A stretch of 64,000 nucleotides of DNA from Diadema antillarum (taxonomy: Eukaryota): NCBI RefSeq assembly GCF_040938485.1, contig NW_027270958.1:1302001-1366000 (forward strand), read 5' to 3'. Every line of letters starts with the position of its first letter. Position 1 is the first letter of the stretch. The position numbers were made by a program, and so were the translations under genes. Shown here in pieces: positions 47,001-59,000 of the stretch. Below the pieces are notes generated by a model. The model made no database searches and had not been told where the DNA came from. It saw only the letters and a program-made list of their open reading frames with translations.

Positions 47001-50000
47001 TTTTTAGAGTCACTATTCAACACTTCTCTAGGAGTCAGATAAAAATAAAAACAAAAAAGAACAATAAATTTACAAAATTGTCATTATTCTTCAACAGAAA
47101 ATTGTTCATACATAAGTGCATTTTTTCAGAAGTTCTTAAATATACCAGTTCATATTTATATTTTGGAAGCATAATTATGTGGGTTGCATTATTGCACTGC
47201 AAGTAGGCCTACACGTATACTGTAATCTCCATGTTAACCCGTTGAGGACGTTTTGATTTTGCTACAACACGCATTTTCCATAGATGCTTGCCCGAGTATA
47301 CTCGGGACTCGTCCTCAACGGGTTAACACTGTTCACTAATCGGCTTGAGTCTCTAAATTTGTATTTTGCTATCTTTCATAAGAATAACTTTGAACTACAA
47401 TAAAATGAAGAGCGTTCATTAACGTGAAGTAACTTCATATCACAACCTTGAGACATATCTTTACCTTTTTTTCAGGTTTAATGGCAAGAGAAATGACAGG
47501 ATCTGGCACGTGCATTGGTTCCTGAAAGAAAAAAATAACATGCAAAATAGGACACACACATTCTGACAACATTAGCATACCTTATAAAATCTGCAAGTTC
47601 TGCCCAAGTTCTGAAAGTTTAAGCTGATTAGTATGCACAAGGACAAGCACAAATTTGTGCTGTTGCCTCAGTTTTGAACAGCCAACTTAAACCATATGGG
47701 AATTTGCATATCCTGCATTACAATACCTTCAAAGTCACACAGCAAGCATGAAATATGCTTTGGGAATTTAAAAAAAAAAATATCTGGAAGAGTCACTTTT
47801 CTAGCTATACAGTATGAAGCTGGGAATCCTAAAACTCCATGGAATTTATTCTCTTTACATTTTTTTTGGGTACCTTGCCTCTGTTTGCCCATTTTTTTCC
47901 CACTTATGAAATTAGAGTAACTCATCCCATTACTTTTGGCTTGTTTTGTGATGCGAGGTCACAAATATATGAACATTTTAAGAAGAAGAAGAAGAAGAAA
48001 AAAACAAAAATTTTACCCACTCTCACTCTGGGTGTTTTCTTGGTTTTTTTTTTTTTGTTTTGTCTCACCATAGATATCTGGAACTTTCCGTCATTGGTGA
48101 AGGTGTCTCCACTGGCACAGTCGATGCCAAACAGAGCACAGATGTCTCCCGCATACACCTCGGCCACATCCTGGAGACATATGAGAAAATGTCAGATGCT
48201 CAAAGTCAATCCAGAACAAATGTAAATGTGCAATTTGTTTCTTCAGCGCAAGTATCTTGACATAGATATCTGGAACTTTCCGTCATTCCGTCAATTGGAA
48301 TTATATGTTCTTGTTACAATCTTTTCATTTTTTGAGTGCATACGGACATTATCACTATGTGTTATGCGCTATATAAGCACTGTCAATTATTATTATCATT
48401 ATTGACAGAGGCAGAAAAAATTGGTCAAAAAATACACGGTATGTGTAAAATAAAACATATACTGTAATGTCAGTAAATGGTTTCATATGACATGCCCTGA
48501 AATCCTGATGATTGTTGCATTGGTTATGTGACTGTTAATGGGAATTTGTTTCCCGTTTACTCGGTTTCACAAAGCCAGCACTTGACTGGATAGCTTCACA
48601 AACTATGATTCTTGAATCACTTTTCAGACTGGCATACAGCACAATTTATGAATGCAGATAATAATGTATGAGCAAAATGAGAAGGGATAGAATGACAAAG
48701 AAAAAAAGAGAGATATTAAAGCAATAAAGTAAATATTTCAAACGAAAGTCCCTCCTTCCAAAATTTGATTCTCAGTATTGGATTGAGAAGTTACAGTGAG
48801 ATTTACCTAGAGATACGAGATAATGGATATATGCTGAACAGGGGACGTGAAAGAGTTACATGTACCTCCATCTTGTCAGAGTGCATGCGGACGAGGCGTG
48901 AGACCTTGACTCTCTTGCGTGTCCTGGTGTTGTAGATGTACTGCCCTTTCTGGAGACACCCTTGATACACCCTCATGTAGGTCAGCTGGCCAAACCTACC
49001 AGCCTATAGAGACACACAATAATAATACCAATAATGATGACGATGATGATGATGAGGATGAGGATGAGGATGTTAATTAACAATAGTTGTAATTTGTACT
49101 GCATTAAATCCATTAAATAAAATGCTCAAGGCATAATCTATGATGGAAGTACAAATTATAAGTATAATTTGTAAGTACATATGATGCATCACCGTTATCC
49201 CGGGGTACCGTAGTACCCTGGGGTACCACGTTGTGTAGCGCCACCTCACGTCCACTTAAGGACAGGCGCACAGAAATGCATGCACTGTGTGTGCGTGTAC
49301 ATAGTCATTCCCATGCCACTGCATTATACCATGCATGCGTGGCAAACTGTGCTAGCAATTGCATGTACTTCATTGCAGTGCGCAGTGTGGTGCAGTGCAG
49401 TGGCTAGCGCGTGCTAGATCCAGCACCAAATAATTTCCACTTTTTGGCAACCCAGGGTACAACCTTTTTAAAAAAATAAAAAATTCAACAAAATGGCTGA
49501 TTTTTATTTGGTACCCAGGATACCATTTATGTCATCATATGAAGAAATTTAATTACCGAGGACACTGGCTAGATAGGAGATAGACCAAACATTTGATTAG
49601 AATTTTTTTGGAACTCTTACCATGGAATACCTATTCAGCCATTTTCATTCTCTTTCATAACAATAAATAGAATTTCTGCCCTTACATCAGTTTGAATTAC
49701 TAATTCTCATTTGACCTCGACCTTGCTCTTTTTGGGGATTGTGCATGGATATTTAACATCCTCATTAAAAAAAAAAATTCACAACATGTATGGAATATTG
49801 CTAGATGAGCTCTACAATAATTCTGAATAGAGACAATGTGTTTGAAGGACAAATATAAGAAAGAAAAAAATCCAGCAACAATATTTGACCTGTGCACATT
49901 TCCTGCACAAGCAAGCAATTCCTAAATCATTCCATGAAAGCTCTTACCTCAAGTTTGAAAGCCAAGGAGACAAATTTTTCGGCATCATCCCTCACTGGAC

Positions 50001-53000
50001 TCATCTTGACTCTCTCATCCTCTCTGAAACATCAAATAAAATTTGGACACCATAAGGGCGTACTCAGAGACATATAAGAGGCAATAGGCTTCTTTGCGGC
50101 CATTTTATATTTTCATCAATTTCATGTCAATGTGGTAGTGTCTCAGCAAATCATGCAAGAAATATTTGCTGACATAAGGCATGGCTATGATTTTTTTTTT
50201 TTTTTTTGATTAAGGAATTATATTCAGATGAATAACTGGAGCTGGTATGATATAACAGTGATCGAGGCATCCTGGTACCCAAACAAGTAAATATGATGGT
50301 GAGTGTTCTTTGATTTCATACTAAGTGCCAATGAAACACCACACAGAGCATATAGAGTGTTGCATCTTTTCAAAAGAGTGTAAATTATGATAAGACTGGT
50401 TTCTGATTTCTGATTTCTCTACAACAAGATTTGTATGTGTCAATACAGAATTGAAAGTGAGTATACTATTATGCAAGTAGTACACGTCTACGAGGGCATT
50501 ACTACAAATTACCCAATTACCTTTGGAATAGTCTAACACGCCTGAGGAAATAGCCGATGGTGCTTGGACTGTTTCAAAGGAACTGAGTGTGGGAAGTACT
50601 AATGCCCGGCCAAAATGACGTGATATTCTCTGTTTTATAAACTGATTTAGCAGACATCCTCAGTCCAAAGAACTCCAAATGTAGGCAATGAAATTCTACA
50701 GCAGCCATTCTCGCGAGTACATAAAACAATAAAATCTTGCCTGACGACCATTGCGAAGTACAGTGCTAATGACCGGTCATTACTTTACTTTATGCACTAT
50801 CGGTCACAGGCATAATTAAGCAAATTAAATGCCTGGTCATGTGACGCTCTCAACAAATCGTTTTATGAGGATCTGCTTCACAACTGAAAAATTAACCACA
50901 TTTTGAGACAGTTATTAAGTTTTCTCACTTACTCATTGAACGCAAAGTTGTCGACTTCTGATGGATTTGGCAGGTAGTCTATGACAGCATCCAGCAGGGG
51001 CTACAGAGATAAATGAGAAACATTTCAAACCAATTACTACAACCAACCAAACTTCTCTAACCTGAGGGAAAGCTTCAATTACAGTGTACTCTACTACACA
51101 GGCTTGTGAGAAGAACGGATGCATATGAAAGCTCCCAGGTATGCACACACGACCATTCTTAAAAGAAAAGGTAAAGTTCTTCTGTTCTTTACCACACAGT
51201 ATCACTCTAATTAAGTCAGAAAAAGTTGGAGATGGCTTGATTTTTGTTTGTTTGTTTGTTTGTTTTGCATCATCTTTTCCTTGTAATTCAAGCAATGTGA
51301 TCACTGTAAATGACAGCACTTTGCCAGATATTGACTATAAACTCATTTATAAATAGAGTAACGACTAATGAAAAGTAGATTTTACTGATGTAGACATGAT
51401 AAAAGCAAAGACAGAAAGTTATTAGCAATTCAAGAAATCATGCTTTAAAAGGAGTAACAGTATGGACATAACTAGCCCCTTCTTGGCCAGACACCTTGAA
51501 ACACTGAGTGACACCAATCTATTGCAAAGGACACACACGCTTTCAACCGTATTTGGATGATTTAAAAACACTGACGATAGCACGTTTAGCAAAGCTTGCC
51601 CAGTGATGTGATAAAAAGGAGTAGTTCGGACCCCCACCTGAACGCCTTTGTTCTTGAGGGCAGTGCCCATCAGAACGGGGGTGAACGACCTCTGCAGCAC
51701 GCATCTTCTGATGGCTTCCTGGAATGTTACGACAAACAGTGATGGGTGAATAGTAAGAAACAAGTTTACTAAGCCAAAATATAGGCTTCATTTAGTGTAT
51801 AGGTGCACACTTAACAATCAAGGGTACCTGTAAAAAATTTTCAAATATCCCCATTTGAATAGTTGTATTATAAAGTACTATTGGCCTACATGCAGGTCCT
51901 ACATTGTATGCAGAATGGACAGGTGTATTATGTATCCCTATGGTACCCTTAGAGCCATAAGAGGGGGCATCATCAGGCTGAAGCACAATGAATTAGTTTG
52001 GTTATTGTTATGATAAAATCATTACTTGAACATTCTTAATACCCTCCAGTCCAAACATCTATGTGCAAGAGTATTATGATCTGTAAGAGTGTTCTAGTAG
52101 CTTCTTGATATGTGCCGCTATTGCATTTTGAATTGGCTCATGTGTCTCAACACCATACTTCCTACCCCCTCGACTGCACAAGACTTTTGACAGCCATTTT
52201 CTCAAAGTAGTGTTCTTATCGTAGCAGGCTTTCGCACCATTTGTGTGGACGGTGTTTGATTGGAAATGAAGTTTGACAAGTGATAATCATTAGAAAGCTG
52301 TTAAGTCTGAAGACTTCTTAAAATATCTCATTTACAAAACTTAATTTTGCTGAAGTTATGAGGCTTCTGCAGTGATGGGTCACATTTGAAATAAACTATC
52401 ATTAAATAATGAACAAATATTGAACAGAGAGCATGTTTTATGTTGAATGATTAGCTTTTCAAGGCTAACAGTATGCCTTTTTTATACCTTACCCTTTTAG
52501 CAACATCAGTCCAGTACAACAAAATTCTTTTATGAGGGATATGGAGGTGAAGTTGTGATGAAAACAAAGGGACTTTCCCTCAGCACTGTTAGAGAAATTT
52601 AGATGGTACTGACCTTGATTTGTTTTTCACTTGGTTCCTTTTCTTCCAAGAACATCTCTCCCAACTCGTCATCCACATTTGACAAAGACTCTACAGACAT
52701 ACAGAACAAGTCAGCCATAAGTCATACTAGGCAATCTTGAAGAGAGTTCAATGACAGCGTGAAAAACAGCATTGTAAAAATTGATATTTTCGCGCAAGTA
52801 ATTTTTTGTGCTCGGCCAAGTAAGAACAGTTTGCTTGCTTTTAATTATGCGGAATCGAAACATTCACGACTGAAACATATGGCAAGCAAAAATATTTGTG
52901 TGCTTTTATTTCGCACTAGTTTCTTGTCGCGTGAAATGCGCAAAAACTTCAACACCACGAAAATTTCCACTTATACAGTACTTGACTGGGTCACTAATAA

Positions 53001-56000
53001 ACTAAGATGTCTATGTACTCCCATATTATGCATATTTGTGTGTGTACACTGCTTGAACTTTACATTAACCATATTGTAGAGATCAGAGACCAATCACATG
53101 AATTTACAATCATGGACTTCCATTACATGGCTAATGCATGCCAAAGCACTAGTGAAACAGAGACATGGTTGACTTATTTTTGTCATATAAGCTAGAGTTT
53201 GCAGAGACATCCCTACGTATGGCATGTCGCCACCTGTTCTGGCTTGAATCACAACAAAGTATAGTAAATCAAGGTAATTATGGTTCTAACTAAAAGTTGA
53301 TTACATTATGTTTCTTACCGATCAGTTTCTGCCGGTACTTCTCTACATCAGCCTTCATGTCTTCCGGTACATCACCCTCCACAACCAGTTCTCTTCAAAA
53401 TAAAAGGAGAATGTTGCTGTTTACTATGAGCTCATATCACAATTCATGGAAACACACAGCAGAATGTTCAACGTCTTTAAAACAGAGAAATTTTCTCCTC
53501 ACTTCCACAAATACACACACACTCAAACATTTTTTTTTTTAATATGAATTTCAATGCAGGTTCACTTTATTCCATTTGTGAATGTACATTAAATGGATAA
53601 ATTTGCAGAGTTTATGCACATCACAGATCATGTCTGTTGTTAACCCATTGAGAACGAGTCCAGATTATACTTGGGCAGGTGTCTATGGTAAATGCGTGTT
53701 GTAGCAAAATCAGTCTGTCCTCAATGGGTTAATGACATAAAAAACACAGAAACATATAAGTTATGCTCAGTCAAGGGGAAGGTGCATTCTAACATTCCAA
53801 CTTCTTTTGTTGAACTTTAATATTGGTACGGTACTTTAGTAATATCGACAGATGGGGCATCTCAAAGATTGCTCTACTACTTCACAAAACTTGTAGCATA
53901 CATTCATACACTCATAATCCTGGGCATACTCAATGAATATTGTGTGTGGAACGAATACGGAACTGTTTTCTCTGAATGCAATGCTCCCTCATGCATGGAT
54001 GCAACAATTTTCTTCATGATAGATAACAATGGCACAAGAGATGGTGTCGCAATGACTCAGAAATTCCAGGATAATTCACCAAAACATGAGCAAGGTGTTA
54101 TGACAGTATACTAACCTATATGTATGTATGTATACTAACCTTAGTATACTAATTCTATGGAGGCAACATCACATCATGTACAGTACAGAAAGCAGTTTAG
54201 ATGCATTACAGGGATGGCATAGTTTTGGTTGAGATATTTCAAATTTTTTTACAATAATTCTTTGAAATAATGAGAAGTCTCTCATGAAATATATAAGAGC
54301 ATATAACTCTAACAGAAATGTAAAGTTTATTTGTTGAAAATTGGTTTTGAAATGGCTGAGATATCCCAAACAAAGCTTTCCTAATAAAAGGTGGGACCCA
54401 CCTTTATTACCTTGTTTTACTTTGTTTTTGGATATCTCAGCCATTTCAAAACCGCTTTTCATCAGATAAACTTTAAAGTCCTCTTAGAATTATATGCTCT
54501 TTAACATTTCATGAAGTGGTTTCTAAGTATCTCGCAAAAGTGAAAAGCTGGATCCTCATCTCAATCAATACTATACCATCCCCAGTGGCAGATCCAGAGG
54601 GAGGCGCACGCCCCCTTTGTTGTTAAAACAAAAGAAATAAAAAGAAAAAAATGAGAAGAAACCCAGAAGTAGCACCGAAAATTGTTTGCGCCCCCCTTTA
54701 CGGAATTCCTGGATCCGCCCCTGATCCCTTTCACTTTGAATATGTTTATGGGACATCTCACCCAGCAGCTCCTTCAAAGAGCAGCGCCCTCCGGTGTATG
54801 AGGTCCACAACTCCCTTCGAGTTGGCCTCGAGACCAATGGGGAGCTGTAAGAATGCAGCGTTGTGGTTCAACTTGGACTGCAGCTGTGACAGCACTCTGT
54901 GCGGGTTTGCTTTGGTTCTACAAATGGATCAGAAGGACAAGCACAAAGGTTAAAGGGATGGTACAGTTCTAATTGAGATGGGGATTCAGGTTTTAACTTT
55001 TTGTGAGATAATTAGAAACCACCTACATGAAACATTCACGAGCATACAATTCTAAGAGCAATTCAGAGTTTATATGATGAAAGTTGGTTATGAAATGGCA
55101 GAGATATCCAAAAACAAAGTGGTCCTAATAAAAGGCGGGTCCTACCTCTTATCAGGACCACTGTGTTTAACTTTGTTTTTGGATATCTCAGATATTTCAT
55201 AACTGATTTTGATCAAATGAATTTTGAAATTCTCTTACCATCATAAGCTCTTGAATGTTCCATATAAGTGGTTTCTAACTATCTCACCAAAAGGTAAGAC
55301 CTAAATCTCTTTCTCAGCCAGAACTATACTATCCCTTTAAAACATAGGAAACTTGATGAATATGATTCTACAACCAACACTATACCCACTTTATAGTAGT
55401 GTGGGAACACTATAGAGTGGGAATGCTGGCCCAGCTCGGATCTATTCAAGAATCCCTGTAAGGAATTGTGTACAGCTCTACCACTGATCTATATGTATTT
55501 TTAAAAGTGCACACTTAGCCAACGAATCTTGACTGGAGTCGACCATTACCAATGAGCATATGCTTCCGTGCATATGATGCATCACATGTTACCCCGGGGT
55601 ACCACGTTGTGTAGCGCCACCTCACGTCCACTCGAGGACAGCCGCAGAGAAATGCATGCACTGTGTGTGCGTGTACAGTCATTCCCATGCCACTGCATGC
55701 GATACTTTGCATGCATGGTATACGAAGTACTGTGCTAGCAATATAGCGTGTGCTTCAGTGCAGTGCAGTGCAGTGGCTAGTGCGCGCTAGCTCCAGCACC
55801 AAAATGATTTCCCACTTTTTGGCACCCCGGGTACAACCTTTAAAAAAAAATCAATAATAATTCAACAAAATGACGGTTTTTTATTTGGTACCCCGGGATA
55901 CCATTTATGTCATCATATATTAACTGACATGTGGCTGACGGGTGCTAATGGGGGTTTTCAAATGCCTCCGGTGGGCAATGAACTCAACTGGACCAGCCAT

Positions 56001-59000
56001 GTTTCAAACACGACCGGGTCTTTCATAATATGACCATCAGTAGAGACACACTGAGAGTTAAAGTCTCTTCAGCATTTCCACCACAAGAAATGACATCAGT
56101 ATCACTTGAAAAGAGCAAAATTCTGAGCCAAAACATTTTGTTAAGTCTCTGAAGACCAAAACAACATATTTTGAATTGATCCAGTACCCAGTGAACTCAG
56201 GTACGTTTGATAGCCTGCTTACAAATTTACGAATACTGTATATCAGAGTCCACATACAAAGTTGTCGAAGCAATGTACACATGCCATCTAACTAATTCTA
56301 TCAATGTATATGTTAACAGACCAGCCACCCTGCATTTAATGTTGTTACAGATTCTCTTTCTCTACATATACAACATAACAAGTATGTACATACATAAATT
56401 ATTATCTACTTATATGCATCTTCACCTGTCAAGTTTATTGATGAATGCAATGCATGGCACAGAGTATCTCTTCATCTGTCTATTGACAGTCAAAGTCTGG
56501 CTCTGGACCCCGCCAACACTGCACAAGACCAAAACAGCTCCGTCCAGCACCCTCAAGGCTCTCTCAACCTCCACAGTGAAGTCCACATGACCTGAAGGTT
56601 AAACCGCATCACTTGTTGGTTACTGTTTCCTGAGTCATGAAACAATACACTTGGCAGAGATAGTTCACAATCATTTCAGGAAATTCAAGTACAGTCAAAC
56701 CTGTCTATAGCAGCAATCCAAGGTAGACAAAAAAAAAAAAAAAGAAAAAGAAAAAAAAGAAAGAGGCCCTTACTGTCAGGTGGCTGCTATAGACAGGTGC
56801 TTTAACATGCTTCTTGCTAGCCATGCAAAATACTCTGAGCTCTGTGAAAAATAAGTCTATCATGAAGTTCAGACTTTGCATTTCACTTTCAAATGGTTGA
56901 AAAGGAGATGAATAGTCTCCAGGTAATGGATTGTCTCTGTTAGTGTATGTCTGTGCATGAGTATGTACAAGTTTAGGTTTAATCACAATTTATAGGTAAC
57001 ATATTTTCAGCTAATTTCATTGTAATTGTCTGATTTTTACATTCAAGACAACAACAACAACAAAAATACTTTCCATACTTGTCCTGTTCATTTTGTTAAC
57101 ACATTCAAAGTGACAGCGTAATTTTTATTTGTTTTACATGATACCAGAATTAAAGCTTATTGAGAAAAAAAAAAGAATTCCTTTTTTGGCATGCATGCAT
57201 TTAAGCAAAAATAAAGAGTGGAGCATATGCTGCATTGCACATATTTCATTGTATGATTCATTTATCACTGAATGAAATTCCCATTACGAACATGATCAAA
57301 CGATAAAATCTAAAGCAATCTGTAACAACACTTCACTTTCATACTTCATACCTGGAGTGTCAATGATGTTGATGTTGTTGTCCTTCCATGAGATGTAGGT
57401 GGCAGCAGACTGGATAGTTATTCCTCTCTGCCTCTCCAGCTCCATAGAGTCCATTGTGGCACCAACGTTATCCTTTCCCTTCACCTTAAATTTCAAAACA
57501 CACCAATATCACTAAATGTAAACACAGGAACCATGTCTAGGGCTGCTAAAAGTCACCATCAATTTCAGTGAGATTCCAAAGAGCAATGACACAGCTGTAA
57601 TTGGGGAGACACTTGTATGTTATGTGCATCTCAACCTGCAAAAATAAATTCCTGGATCAGGGAGATATTGATATTCTTTTTATCCAGACGTGAGGAGATA
57701 TTGAGATTTAAAGAGGAAATCCACTTCAAAAATAAATAAACTCAAAAAAGAAAAAAGGAGAGAGATATTACTGTGTGATATTAATGTAACTAACAAAAGA
57801 CATGGCAAGGGAACATGCAAGTTATGATGAGTCGAGGGAAAGGTGCATTCCTATGTCTTTTGTTAAACATTTCAGTACTTTAGCAATGATTGACAGATGA
57901 GGTCACAACAGGAATATTGGTTTGGAAGAATTTTTTTTTGTGGGCATATCCTAGTAATCTGAAGAAAAATGGAAGAAAAATTAGTGAAAAAATATATGGA
58001 ATGTTTCTAGATATTCATTTCACTGCAAAAGTGATGTTGAGGGTAACATAAATCAACACAAATCAACATGCATTTGCATTTCAGGGAACCTTTAAGGCAA
58101 GTTTTACATTTACACAGCTGAAATATGAGATTTTCGTCATTTCTGTAAATGAAATGAATAAGAGATTGTAACAGCATGACATCATAAACTTGCTGATTTG
58201 AATATTCATAATGACACGTCAAGAAGTGTTTTCTGAAATATTGTGAAATTTCAGAATGTCATAACTTCTTTTATAAAATGGGTTCAAGAATGTAGCCAAT
58301 TGGAAGCGCTAAAATGAGTCACGTGTGCGTGTATTAATTTCTCAATATAACATGCAAGGCCTGACGTCACAATGTTTACACTAGCAGTGCGCACTCAATC
58401 AGTTGTTACAAGTGCGTCGCGCGCTTCTATACACGCTGTCAATTCTGTAAACAACTTCGAGTTCGGGCTGTCGGCCAGCCTTTCTTGTGTGCATAACATG
58501 CGTGGCGTAAGTATACTCCTATACGTACAGTACTTATGTGCGGGATTTCCGAGTGCGACATGCGTAAATGTTTGGGACGAACATCTTCGGACATCTTGAC
58601 TCTTGAGTGAGTGCTACATGTAGCTGACTGGTATTGACCCACAAAGGTACGTGAAAAATGCTGTTAGTTTTCGACCCATTTTATAAAACAAGTGATGCAC
58701 AGGATTATTTCGTGGCGTTAGTGGAGATGCAGCTCACTTTCAGGTATTTACAATGTAGTGCAACATGCACTCGGCTTCGCCTCGTGCATGTTTCACAATT
58801 GTAAATACCCTCGAGTGCGCTACATCTCCACTAACGCACTCTATCCTGTGCATCATTTGTATAATATCTTATCCAGTTTTGATAATTTTTGCATGGTTCT
58901 GCACTCAGTTGAACTCATCATTCCCTTACGATGTACCTCATGCATTTCTTTGATTCTTCCAGTGTAGAAGAGCAGCCTCTCAGTCAGGGTTGTTTTTCCA

